This document shows, piece after piece, positions 1-10,809 of a stretch of 64,000 bases of DNA. The stretch's first letter is position 1, and every line of letters begins with the position of its first letter. The position numbers were made by a program, and so were the translations under genes. The DNA is taken from positions 1,105,791-1,169,790 of the forward strand of contig BCGN01000007.1 in the NCBI GenBank assembly GCA_001599295.1, given 5' to 3'. The notes below the pieces were generated by a model. That model saw nothing but the letters and a program-made list of their open reading frames with translations. It had not been told where the DNA came from and searched no databases. The DNA comes from Sporopachydermia quercuum (Eukaryota).

Positions 1-104
1 GGTGGTGGATTCCATCATCTGCTGAGGATAGGAAAACAAGAAGAATTAGTACTAAAGGAAGAGGTAAGTACTCTTCTCAAGTTAGTCTTACCAGACTCTG
101 GCAT
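1..104 (-). CDS. Possible 5' end of an intron-containing gene running off the left edge (MPES|ADDGIHH...)
   Basis: ATG at 104; donor GTAAGA at 91; branch TACTAAT (51-45); pyrimidine tract and CAG acceptor at 24-22; frame open to position 1; poly(dA:dT) tract about 140 nt upstream. Too short to identify. Confidence 0.3.
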
Positions 105-242
105 ATCGATTAATCTACCAGGAGTTAACACTAATTTGAACACCAGCTAAAACACGAGCTAAAATAAGAGCCAAGTCCACCATAACACAAGTATTATGGA
201 TTCCTGATATTTCAGCGAGTTTGTCACGCTCTTTTTGGGGCC

Positions 243-248
243 AAAANN

Positions 249-276
<28 letters not shown>
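243..276. repeat. Poly(dA:dT) tract of about 34 nt containing 2 N
   Basis: Direct reading of the sequence. Confidence 0.9.
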
Positions 277-279
<3 letters not shown>

Positions 280-826
280 GACCATCACCTGGTGACAATA
301 ACACTTGAGCGTTGATATGGACAATGTATGTAAAGTATGACCAAGAGTTTTCCCTGAGCCGTACCTGCGAAACCCCTACGTCTCTACCGCCTAATGCAAT
401 GTACCAACGCTGTACTCTTGACTTTGAATAGCAGAAGGATTAGGATTGGAGAAACCTTGTTTCTCATCTCCTTCATAACGTAACTTTGGAATCCTGGAAA
501 TCCTAGGAATCCCTCTAAACTAGCTGAGAACGAAGAACANCAGAAGTTGTCCAACGAAGCATGAAGCTGGAGCTATTTGGCGGATACGTAAGTTGATATC
601 AACAAGTCAATATTAGTGGGGGGTTGGATGAAAATTCACATTTACTTATATTTCCTTGTACTTACTTCATTTCCTTATATTTACTTTATTTCCTTATAGT
701 GACTTATATTTACTTCTTACATATATGAATATATTATACTATATTCACTTCATTTCCTTATGTTTTCCTCCTTTTACTTCTTTTCCTCCTTTTCCGTATG
801 CTTCCTCCTTTCCTCATTTTCGTATG

Positions 827-3800
827 TCATAAACAATTTCTCAGCAGGTTCAGTCTCTGCTCCATTATTTGAATATATTGCTCCAAATCCTTTGCCGAAA
901 TGTCTGTTCCGTTGTTGTCGTTTATGCTTTTGGTGTTGTCGTAAATAGCTTTAAGCCATTTGGTCTTATCAATTGAGCCATTTCCATGCAAATTTCCGAT
1001 CTCCTGCNGGTTTTCATTCAAATTGGTTCTGGTGGTTATCCAATTCCACATTTCTTCTTCTTCTCGTATCAACAGCCCGCTGTTATTGGTCAATTGAACT
1101 GAACCATTCAATCCATAAGGAGTTCCATAGAGATTGCCAAGGATTCCANAAGAAATTCCATGATTTCCCCTCAAAAGCTCAAGAAGCTCAGTTATCAACA
1201 CGATTCCAAACACTTGCAGGCCAATTATAACTATCACGGCAAGAAACCACACATTTCTGTCAGTGAAAAGCAGTTTATACCCAGCGGCAATCAAACTGGC
1301 GATAAAACTGATAATTGACTCAAAAATCCGCAGTTCTTTGCCGACAACCTGTTCGATCTGCTCCACGGTATGCGCGGCGCCGATTCCAGCTTCCTCCACG
1401 GCNTTTCCAACTACCTCTTCCACTATTTGCAAGGATTCCTCAACAATTGACTGTTTCCTGCTGCCAGCAAGAGAAGTTCTACGGGTGCCGGCTTGGATGT
1501 CGCTGGTAATAGTAGGGGAAGACTCAGTAGGAGCCAAACCGGCTCCGGCCAGAGTGTTCTCGGCCTCAGTGCCTAACTGAGAAGCCGAGCCGAGTTCGTG
1601 TTCGAGCATTTCCCCGAAAAGTTTCCCTGCCGCGGACTGCGCCTCCCGAGTTCCCTTTTCAATCATCCCTTTTACCCAGCTGGAACCAATCCAGGTTATA
1701 TAAGAGGAAATCACGAGCCGAGTTTTATTATTCTCGGCCCAACAGAGCATGTACCGAGAATTCACTAAAAATGCATTCCCGCTCGGAACGTCAGGAGAAG
1801 ATGTGGTGGAGACGATATGCACCCAATCATCCAAGTTATATTCAAGTCTCTTTTCGGTAACTAGAACCCTGGTTTGCTTTGGCCCGATTGGGAAATGGAG
1901 TTTCTTAATGTATTGGAATTTTCTCTCCTTGTCGGTAAATTCGCCTAATGGAGAAATGTCGAAGGAATCAAGCTTTATAAGATACTTTTTCAGGAAAGCG
2001 GAATCTTTTCCAAAGACGGCGTTTACTACTTTGGGTAAAGGGGCGGAAAGTATTCCGTCATAGATGCTTTGTTCTTTCTTTCTGTCGATTTTGTAGGGGA
2101 TTTCGGTTGGTTTGTGGGTTGCGAGCTCGGGAAGACTTGATATAGTTTCTGCAATTGANGGTTGAACTGTTATTTTCTCGGAAGTGGCTTCGGATATTGA
2201 TTTCGAGATGCTGTTGGTTTCATCCTGGTCAAATTTCCGATTACTCTGTCCAGCTACAGTTCTCAAAGCAGGAGTGGGGGAAGCATTTTCGTCGGAACTT
2301 TTCGTTCTCGATTTCTCCGCTCCGTCCTTGTATAGCATCCCAGTTAGGAAAGAGAGTCCAAACCGGCTTTTCCCGTCTCCTGTTTTCTCCGTCTCGGATA
2401 CATCCGCTGGTTCAGCGGCTTTGGCAGCTTCGGAAATCTCTACTTCTGCTTCTGCTTCTGCTTCTGTAGGTCCCGCTGGTTCCGCCTCGATCGGCTCTAA
2501 AACTTCGTCTTCCGAATCTTGTATATCCTCTTCTTCCAATAGTATTTCTTCATCAGTTGTTATTCCACTATCCTCATCGTCCAGTTCCCGATATTCTCCG
2601 CTCTTCCGATATTCTCCTATTCTGGTTCCGTCTTCACTTTCAGTTCCGTTGCCAATTCTAGTTCCGTTCTCAACTCCAGTGCCGACAATATTCATAGTAG
2701 AACTATTACTATGGCTCAAACTNAACCCTCCAAGCAAAGCTCGGCTTTTGCTGTCCCGATTCCGCTTAGAATAAACCCAAATTTCAGTAAGAAAGTTAAA
2801 CGTACTGTCCCGAGATATAAAGCTAGCAAANATATGCTTCCCAAGCCGAGTCTCTATAATTATTCCGTTCGGGAATAACCCAGCAGTAGTCTTTTTTTCA
2901 AAGCGGATAACATCTTCTAACGAGACAATAAGGTTGGTGACCCAGCCGAGGATGTTAGAGTTAAAACAGGCGTAGTTCTCAGAGATGTACAATCTGCCTT
3001 GGAGGAGGATTTCTCGGGATAATGCGCAGCTGAAATCGTCGATAAGCCGGTCGTCTAGCGGGACGGATTTGAACAATTGGTGGAAATCCGTGTTCCGCTT
3101 TGAGGAGGCGAATTTAAAGCTTACGGCCATTTTTGTTTCCGCGAGCCGAAGCAAATCGGCCTCGTCCAGAGATTCCGAGACAGAACCGATTCCGGAAGAA
3201 GAATCGGAAGAGGAGACTGATGCAGAAGGGGGGCGTTTAGCTTTATCTGTTCCAGGCTCTTCCGATTGGAGAGAAAAAATTTCACTAACAGTTCCGATGC
3301 TCCCGCTTGAGGAATGACTTCCTGGGGTTGTTTGTGATTGACCCGATTTCCTATTATTTCGGTTCTTTTTCCTATATGTCATCATATCCGGAGTTTTCAC
3401 TTCGATACCGTTTTCTCGGAACTCGGAAAAATNGTTTCCGTCTATGGGGGTAGTGGGTGTTTTCGGAACTTTGTATCCGTCTGCTTCTTCCTTTTCTTCC
3501 GGTTTACCAGCAACTTCATCCGGTTTCCCCTTTTCCCTTCCATAAAGCCGAGCAGGGCCTATTCCTGTTCCCGTTCCTGTTGCCGTTCCGACGGATACCC
3601 CGCGTTTATGCCAATTCACATGGACGCTTCCGTCGTTCACTGATGGTCGGAAAAAATCGACGGAGGCCGTCCGGTTGTGACTAGTTTTATTACCTATTCC
3701 GGTATTTAAACTGGCAGATGACTCGTTGTTCTTACCTAATGCGGTAGAAATGTTACTAGCGGCATTCTGAGCTTTATTTAGTACGGAGTTTAAAAACGAT

Positions 3801-4741
3801 GACGTAGATTGTGACTCATGGAGACTTACCCCATTAGGCATATCCAACGGAGGCACAATCTGAGCCAGCTTTCCTGTTTTCTTCCCCTTTCCAGTTCCGC
3901 TGCCGTTGCTTTGCGATGATGTAATGGAATCAGTGTCAAACACAAAGTATGGTGGCTCGTTATGCAGTTGGGAGCTCACGGTGCTTGCTATTGAGCTCGC
4001 GGCTATTGATTCGGAATCATCCGGATTTACTTTTGCTTCAAATTCTCCCCAATCCTCGGTTGAAGAGGAAGCCGGGCTTTCGCTTCTTCTTGACGCGTTC
4101 ATCATGTTCCGAAGATTTCCGATATTAACCCCGTTCGAGCCGTTCGAGCCATTAGAGACCCCAGAAGCCGCAACCGAAGCCGAAGCCGAANCCGCCAAGG
4201 AGTCCGAGCTCGAGCCCGAGCTTGAACTTGGCCTCGGTGTGTCTTCCATATTAAGATAAATGTCTCGCGGAGATTCCGAATAGGAATGTGTTTCAGTCAC
4301 TATTGGCGGTGCAATCAACGATTTTTTATTTCGCGTGATTGATATCGGAGATGTCATGCCCGAAAGGGAAGTCGGCGCCGAAGTCACAGATACTAGATCA
4401 TCCGAGCTTTGCTGCAACGATGCATGCAGTTTACTTAGTTTGCTGAGTTTACCAGCTGATTCCGGATCCGATTCCGATTTGGATTCCGGGATGATTTCTA
4501 ATTCTGTTTCTGTATCCGTTTCCGGATCTGTCCGTTTTTCTATTACTTTTTCTGATTCCTTCTTCCCCTCTTTTTCCTCTTTTTCCTCTTTTTCCTCTTT
4601 TTCCTCCTTTTCCGTTATCTGTTCTGGTTCCGGGTCTGTTCTGCTGTCTTCTTCTATACAGTTCGCCTCAAAACCCGGTCCTAGTTCTCTCGGTTCCGGC
4701 GCCTTCACGGTTCCTAAATCTTCCGAGCTTGCGGTCGACAT
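827..4741 (-). CDS. LAM/LTC-family membrane contact-site sterol transfer protein (GRAM + VASt/StART-like + C-terminal TM), Lam5/Lam6-like, 1304 aa
   Basis: GRAM motif KRNTDFHQLFKSVPLDDRLIDDFSCALSREILLQGRLYIS...KKTTAGLFPNGI; VASt motif PIGPKQT...SPDVPSGNAF...SWVKGMIEKG; hydrophobic segment WFLAVIVIIGLQVFGIVLI; long disordered N-terminus. Confidence 0.9.
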   Translation of the reverse strand: MSTASSEDLGTVKAPEPRELGPGFEANCIEEDSRTDPEPEQITEKEEKEEKEEKEEKEGKKESEKVIEKRTDPETDTETELEIIPESKSESDPESAGKLSKLSKLHASLQQSSDDLVSVTSAPTSLSGMTSPISITRNKKSLIAPPIVTETHSYSESPRDIYLNMEDTPRPSSSSGSSSDSLAXSASASVAASGVSNGSNGSNGVNIGNLRNMMNASRRSESPASSSTEDWGEFEAKVNPDDSESIAASSIASTVSSQLHNEPPYFVFDTDSITSSQSNGSGTGKGKKTGKLAQIVPPLDMPNGVSLHESQSTSSFLNSVLNKAQNAASNISTALGKNNESSASLNTGIGNKTSHNRTASVDFFRPSVNDGSVHVNWHKRGVSVGTATGTGTGIGPARLYGREKGKPDEVAGKPEEKEEADGYKVPKTPTTPIDGNXFSEFRENGIEVKTPDMMTYRKKNRNNRKSGQSQTTPGSHSSSGSIGTVSEIFSLQSEEPGTDKAKRPPSASVSSSDSSSGIGSVSESLDEADLLRLAETKMAVSFKFASSKRNTDFHQLFKSVPLDDRLIDDFSCALSREILLQGRLYISENYACFNSNILGWVTNLIVSLEDVIRFEKKTTAGLFPNGIIIETRLGKHXFASFISRDSTFNFLTEIWVYSKRNRDSKSRALLGGXSLSHSNSSTMNIVGTGVENGTRIGNGTESEDGTRIGEYRKSGEYRELDDEDSGITTDEEILLEEEDIQDSEDEVLEPIEAEPAGPTEAEAEAEVEISEAAKAAEPADVSETEKTGDGKSRFGLSFLTGMLYKDGAEKSRTKSSDENASPTPALRTVAGQSNRKFDQDETNSISKSISEATSEKITVQXSIAETISSLPELATHKPTEIPYKIDRKKEQSIYDGILSAPLPKVVNAVFGKDSAFLKKYLIKLDSFDISPLGEFTDKERKFQYIKKLHFPIGPKQTRVLVTEKRLEYNLDDWVHIVSTTSSPDVPSGNAFLVNSRYMLCWAENNKTRLVISSYITWIGSSWVKGMIEKGTREAQSAAGKLFGEMLEHELGSASQLGTEAENTLAGAGLAPTESSPTITSDIQAGTRRTSLAGSRKQSIVEESLQIVEEVVGXAVEEAGIGAAHTVEQIEQVVGKELRIFESIISFIASLIAAGYKLLFTDRNVWFLAVIVIIGLQVFGIVLITELLELLRGNHGISXGILGNLYGTPYGLNGSVQLTNNSGLLIREEEEMWNWITTRTNLNENXQEIGNLHGNGSIDKTKWLKAIYDNTKSINDNNGTDISAKDLEQYIQIMEQRLNLLRNCL

Positions 4742-5954
4742 TATTCCGCTATCCTTTCCGGTATTCCCAGTTTCTCCTACTTTACTTCCNCTCTTATTGT
4801 CCTACACCAAAACACTTAATCTCACTTGCCTTTCCCTATGCGGCTTCAATGTTGCTTCAAGCTGTTCCTACAATTATACAAACCTCACACATCTATTCCG
4901 ATAGATCCTCTTTGTCTTCAAAACTTCCTATTTTATCTGTTGCGAACACCTAGACGTCTTCCGAACTGTCAAACATCTCCGATAATCAGCAGCAAACAGC
5001 GGAACGAGGCTTTGTTAAGAAGCCACAAAGTTGATTCGGGAAGGGGCGGTTCTGGAGATTATGCACCAGAGGGGTATTTCTGGAGATGGTGATTCCTGGA
5101 ATGAAGGGAGAAATAAAGGGAATACAGGAGGGGAACTGCGAGGTCTGAGGAGGGAAATTAGGAGGAACAGCCGTGGGGAGTAAGAAGGCCAATCTTGGGT
5201 GGGAATTAGTGGTAATTGTTGTAGATTTTGTAGGAAATTGACTGAATGAAGATGAGACGAGGATATGAGATAATGTAGTTCTGCAATAAATGCATACTAA
5301 TGCATAGTGATGCATACTCGTAATTCCCATTACGAAGATGACACTAAACCAGCACAGAATTAACTATGAAAGACATAAATAAGTTCTTAATAAATATTAT
5401 TGCACCAATACTCTCTCAAGTTTTATATGGTAAAGCAACTATTTGAGCAAAATACGTCAGAATTCAAGCAATTCTCTTAGCTATGTAAACCATTGTCACA
5501 TTACATCATACTAACCAGTATATGCATACACATGCATNATTATGCACTATTCTATATCATGCAGCATAGGACTAATATTCAACCTCATTCCGCTATTCAA
5601 GTCACAATACGTACAACTTAATAACTATATAAACAGGGACATTTTTTGTTATTCAATCAATAAATTTATAATAAAAGTGTAGTTGTATAAAATGGTTAAC
5701 TTTATAAACAAACTGTCTTTTAATTGAAGTTTGATTACAGCGTTGTTTGGCTCTTAACTCTATGAACTTGCTAGCTATTGGTTAAATCGACTATTAGCAA
5801 GTTTGTATAAGCAGATTGAACAGCTTGACAGCTTACATCTCTGAACAACTATACTAACGCTATTACTATTACGGCTTATCAAGTACCGAATATCACATCA
5901 TTTATATCATTTGATCCATCAGCAATCTTTCCTTTCTATCTATCATATTTTCTC

Positions 5955-6004
5955 ACCTCAGCTTCCCGGCGCAACTATCTCCCTACTACCTCAGCTTCCC
6001 GGCG
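5955..6004. repeat. Perfect 17-bp direct repeat ACCTCAGCTTCCCGGCG, 33-bp period
   Basis: Copies at 5955-5971 and 5988-6004. Confidence 0.9.
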
Positions 6005-6725
6005 TATTTGGGAGAACATGAGAATTCAGAGCACATAATTAACCATTCTTATCTGAATGCTTTTCATTCACTTTCTATCCTTCCGGTTGGAATTGATGGC
6101 TCCACCTTCAATTTCATTATTGGTCTTTTGAGCTCAGCCAATTTCTTCGTGAGACCATTAAACAGAACAGAACNATGAATATCAACGAATTCAAACATAG
6201 CTTGTAGCTCAAAATTCTGTTAAATTGGTTTATAAACGTTTGCGGTTATTTTTTTAGTCTCCTAGTGGTCTATAAAGCCACTATTGTCCTATCCTACTTT
6301 CCTTCATATCCACTGGTTATCATGCTATCTGTTTCAACAGACTGCAAGTCTTGCTTGTTTATTTGAGGCCTAGAATCTCTATATCGGCCGAAAAGTATCT
6401 ACCGTNTTTTATTTAAATACTAAGCATGTAATTGAGTATTAATTGCCTATTTACTTGACTAAAAAGGCATAAAACTCCATTTATATGGAATCTTGAGTGA
6501 GCATAGAAGCCTGCTTAGTGCGTACATGTAACGTCTTGATAACCNCATGCGTTGATATGCATAAATATGCGATTTCTCAACTTTAATTATAGATGCCCAT
6601 TTGGACTCAATCCCGCTTTTTGAGCACAGTTCCAGCACAGGTTCCGCTATTTTCCAATCTCAGCTGACATACTAGCTTACCCTGCATCTCCACTTCGTTT
6701 ATCACATCCACCGCTATTCCCTCCG

Positions 6726-9362
6726 CTATCCTTCAAACTTAACCTTAGTCTCACTATTTGCCTTCCGAAACTTCTTGCTCTTCCGCATCTTTGGCTTGAT
6801 CGTCTGTGGCATCAGATACCGAATAATTACCCGTTTCACAGCCTTACAGTACCAAATTACCCATTGCCGCATCACAAGAGCAATAAACCCTATCGAAAAC
6901 GGAATAGCAATCTCCCAATAGAAGAAATCAGAGTTTTCCAACGAGGGGAAATGAATAAAATTCATTCCGAAATATCCCGTTAAAAAGGACAACGGAAGAA
7001 AGATTACCGTAACCAACGACAATTGCGTCATCGCATAGTTCGACTCGGCCGAAATCGTATTGAATATCATTTGTATCATGTTTTCCGTTGTGTATAGCAT
7101 TATATCTGTATCATCGGCATATACTTGGCAATGATCGGCTACGTCAGCAAGGTATAGGTCGCATATTTCCGAAATCAAGCCGGCTCCGGTGCTCATTTGA
7201 AGTTTGGATAACGCCGTTGAGTGTTTGTTTGATCCGGTTCCACGCTTGTGCTTGGAATAATTAGGGTTTGGAGTACCCGGCAAGGGGCTGGGGCTTCTGG
7301 GTTGAACCGGGTCGGATGGCTGTGGCTGCGACTCCGGAGACTCCCGGGGCTCATTAGGGATCTTTGCATAATCACGCAGCGAATTTATCAACCCCGTGAT
7401 CGGAGTTATCACCCGCTTCAACAAAGAAAGCTCACTAATCATTAAATGCATATCCCGCGTGCTCGCCATGCTGGCGCCCACAAGAACCTCCAATTCCATC
7501 TCCGCTACCCGCTGTCTGTACGCTGTTATCACCGGATACGTCAAATCTACCCCGGCGTCCAGTATGGCCTGAAGCAGAATAGACGCGTCTTCCGACTCCC
7601 GGAGAATCGTTCTCCGGGATGTGAGCCGGGCGAAAATTGGTCGTTCCACATCCATTGCCGAGTGTTCGAAAAAGGAAATAACCGTGTTATCCCGGGTAAT
7701 AAACAGCGAGACCTGCTCAACTCCTACTTTGAGCCTTCTAGTGCCGAGCGGCCTATGAGCTTCTACCAGCGATGACCGTTTACTGTCAAATTGAATAGAA
7801 GGATTATTCCATTCCTGTAGAGACATCATGAACTCGGTTTTAGCGAGATATTTGGTAAGGGAAGTTTCGTCATCGGGGGAAGAGTCTTTTAGGGCGGGAT
7901 TAGCGTTAGTGTTAGTTAGAGTTCGGAGATAGGGGTCGGATGTAGATATGGTTCGGGATAAGGTTTGGGATAAAGGTTGGGGTTTCCCAATTGGGGAACC
8001 CGTCGCTGATTCGACGTCGATATCGCCTTTTTCGGAAAGAGGCTCAGCTCCAGGCGGTGGAGGCCAAGGCGTAGCTTCAGGCCAAGGTTTCGGTTCGGTG
8101 GTCCCTTTTAGCTTCATTTTCACCCGTTCCAGCAAACTCAATCTCCCCATTCGACTCTTTTTCACCCGAATTAGCTTCAAAAGCGGGAAACAACAGAATG
8201 CATGCTGCGGGTAAATATCTAGTTTCGTCCTTTGTGGAATATCTACCATATCTTCTATTGCCAGATTATGTAATCCATAATGCTCGGCTAACAGCTTAAT
8301 GCAATTCCACGATAATCCGTTCACATTTATCCACCGAACTTTGGACCATTTTGGCCGATTTTTGAGTAAAGATTCGAGTTCATCTGTTCCGGCGATATCC
8401 ACGACCGGGTAAGCGTCACCGGAATGAGGTTCCTCTTCTGGTGATTTGGGGTCGGGTATTTTTTCCGGAATTGTGTCTTTTGCAGAACTGGAATTAGAGC
8501 CGGAGTTGGGGCCAGGGCCTCGGCTAATAGGATCTGTCGGATTTTCGTTAAGATCTTCATTGCTCCTGATAAATCGATCTTTCGGAATTACCTCAGTATG
8601 CAAAACTCGATATCGGTCTTTTGAGTAATCGGTTATTGTAACTGCCGATCCTGGAGCATTCAGGATTACGTTTGTGGTATGAATATCAATTCCCGGTTCC
8701 CATCCTGCCGAGATTCGGGCGGCGGAAGGCGATGTCTTTGTCTGGAAGTAAGCCCTCTTGGACTTCCTTTTGCGTCTCTTCTTTTCCGGCCTAATCTCGG
8801 CATTATTTCCCAATTTGGCATTGTTTTCCGGAGACGGAGCATTTATTCCCGTTCTGGACGCTCTCAATTGCTTTTTTATAGATTGGACGGGTGATAACGG
8901 CTCACCGAGCGATTGGAAACTATTCCTCTCAGTTGCAGTTCCTAATCCGGCAGAAGAACCAACGCTCTCTTCTTCCGATTCCGTAGATTTGTCCTCATCC
9001 GAAAACTCCTCTTCTGATTCCGATCCGAAGTCGTCCAAAGATCCACTCCTCCTACGGTTTTTCCCCAATCGCGACCTTCCAATGCCAAGATACTTCTTCC
9101 CAAATCTCTTTAAATCTTCGGGAATTTCTTCCGAGGTACTATCAAAGTATCTGAAATCCGATTTCGGCTTTTCCGAATCGGAAAAGNAATCTTCCTCGTT
9201 CCGATTGGCAAATAAATCACCGGGAAGATCCGGTAAAGTTGGATCTCCCGAGTCAAACACTCGAGTGTTAAATGCTCCAACAGAGCTACTTTTCCTTTGT
9301 CTCTTTGGCTTTGATCTCGGCTTCGATTGCCGAGGACTTTGCTTTCTATATCCGTCCGACAT
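6726..9362 (-). CDS. CorA-family (2-TM-GxN) divalent cation/Mg2+ transporter, 878 aa
   Basis: VTVIFLPLSFLTGYFGMNF signature followed by a second TM; VRWINVNGL, LHNLAIEDMV, EQVSLF and LLQAILDAGVDL motifs. Confidence 0.9.
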   Translation of the reverse strand: MSDGYRKQSPRQSKPRSKPKRQRKSSSVGAFNTRVFDSGDPTLPDLPGDLFANRNEEDXFSDSEKPKSDFRYFDSTSEEIPEDLKRFGKKYLGIGRSRLGKNRRRSGSLDDFGSESEEEFSDEDKSTESEEESVGSSAGLGTATERNSFQSLGEPLSPVQSIKKQLRASRTGINAPSPENNAKLGNNAEIRPEKKRRKRKSKRAYFQTKTSPSAARISAGWEPGIDIHTTNVILNAPGSAVTITDYSKDRYRVLHTEVIPKDRFIRSNEDLNENPTDPISRGPGPNSGSNSSSAKDTIPEKIPDPKSPEEEPHSGDAYPVVDIAGTDELESLLKNRPKWSKVRWINVNGLSWNCIKLLAEHYGLHNLAIEDMVDIPQRTKLDIYPQHAFCCFPLLKLIRVKKSRMGRLSLLERVKMKLKGTTEPKPWPEATPWPPPPGAEPLSEKGDIDVESATGSPIGKPQPLSQTLSRTISTSDPYLRTLTNTNANPALKDSSPDDETSLTKYLAKTEFMMSLQEWNNPSIQFDSKRSSLVEAHRPLGTRRLKVGVEQVSLFITRDNTVISFFEHSAMDVERPIFARLTSRRTILRESEDASILLQAILDAGVDLTYPVITAYRQRVAEMELEVLVGASMASTRDMHLMISELSLLKRVITPITGLINSLRDYAKIPNEPRESPESQPQPSDPVQPRSPSPLPGTPNPNYSKHKRGTGSNKHSTALSKLQMSTGAGLISEICDLYLADVADHCQVYADDTDIMLYTTENMIQMIFNTISAESNYAMTQLSLVTVIFLPLSFLTGYFGMNFIHFPSLENSDFFYWEIAIPFSIGFIALVMRQWVIWYCKAVKRVIIRYLMPQTIKPKMRKSKKFRKANSETKVKFEG

Positions 9363-10809
9363 ATTTCACAGAATATTTGACTATTTAGCCGTGAAATCCA
9401 GATGCTTAAGTGCGAAATCCTCTTCTCTTCCGAGTAATCATTATGGTGATTGTGTGGAAGCATAAGACGCCCAGAGCAAGGACAGACGAACAATGGATTT
9501 CTATGGATTTAATGCTTTTCCAATCAATGAAGAAAATACTATGTTTTAATATATGAGTTTTTGGCTCATTAGAGAGGTNTTATAGTAGTTTCATAGGAAT
9601 TTATTGCACTATTTATTGCTTGATTGTACATTGTTTAGCTGGTGATGCGCAGGAAAAAAAAAAAGACAATTAGTATGGTGAAAGGTTAAATCTGGAATAG
9701 GAATGAAGATGCAAGAGTTTGTGCAAGATGGAATGTTATGCATGTCTGTGCATGAGAAAGGAGGAACAATAGGATGAGATAAAGAAATAAGGAGAGATAT
9801 GGAGGTTCAACGAGAGGGAAAAAGAGATTTATCAGTTACTTTAAAGTTCAAATCTTTTTGGAATTGAATCGCTGGAAAGTGCAAGATCTCGATATTACCT
9901 TTAGTGATTTTTCAGGAAATGAATGTGGGAAAACTGAANTGCCAATATGCAGTTATANGTAGAATTTCTGCGGTGTGCTATTTAAGGTTTAAGGTTTTTA
10001 TCGGTCAGAAAACACATTTGAACCTTCATTGAGAGAATGCAATTGTTATTCTCTAGACAGCAATGTAAATAGTAGCTATAGATCTCAAAGCGCTTAGTCA
10101 CCACCTTCAGGCTACATTTTAATAATTTATTTATTGGCATTTTCCTACCGTATAAACCGTTTCATATAGCATTTAGTACCAATCTCAATTCCACTCTCTA
10201 ATCAGTTATACAGTTAAAGTTGTACCTATATTACCAAATGTTTACCCCCATGCATGTTTTCTGCAGCAGTCTGCATTAAACAAGCATACTTCACGGTCTC
10301 TCCCTCCTTCAATCTAGCACTACATTCTCCGCTTTTCCACTAAACCTCAACCTCTACTTTTATACCCAGCTAAACAGGCCTTTCGAAACAATCACTTTAT
10401 CCCAAAAATTCAGTGTTTCTCTCATTTTTTTCCTCTATTTTACCCTTTTTCTCTGACTTTCCTCCTCCTAAAAACCAGTCTCTCACCTTNCCCCGTACAT
10501 GGCTACCTTCCTGTTTCGGCTAAAACCTTAACGTTATTCCTCTCAATCTGTGGCAAGCAAATATCATCTCATCACGTAGATTTCCAATGCCTTTTTATGT
10601 CTATCAATGGTTATTTATATCTATCAACAGTTGTTTCATTGTATATAAACCTGAGAAATAAAGCCAATAAATGCATACAATCGTATATTAACACTACAGC
10701 CAGTTCAACGAACTCATTTGCGAGTTTTTCACTTAGCTCGTCATTGATTTACAGCTGACCATCAACGTTCTCATTGTCATCCTATAGTCACTCTGTTCTT
10801 GATGCCAAT

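Noticed and set aside
1..276. 3' end of a LINE or retrocopy ending in poly(A)
   Set aside because: No recognisable RT or gene homology and no visible target-site duplication; a promoter poly(dA:dT) tract or assembly artefact is simpler.
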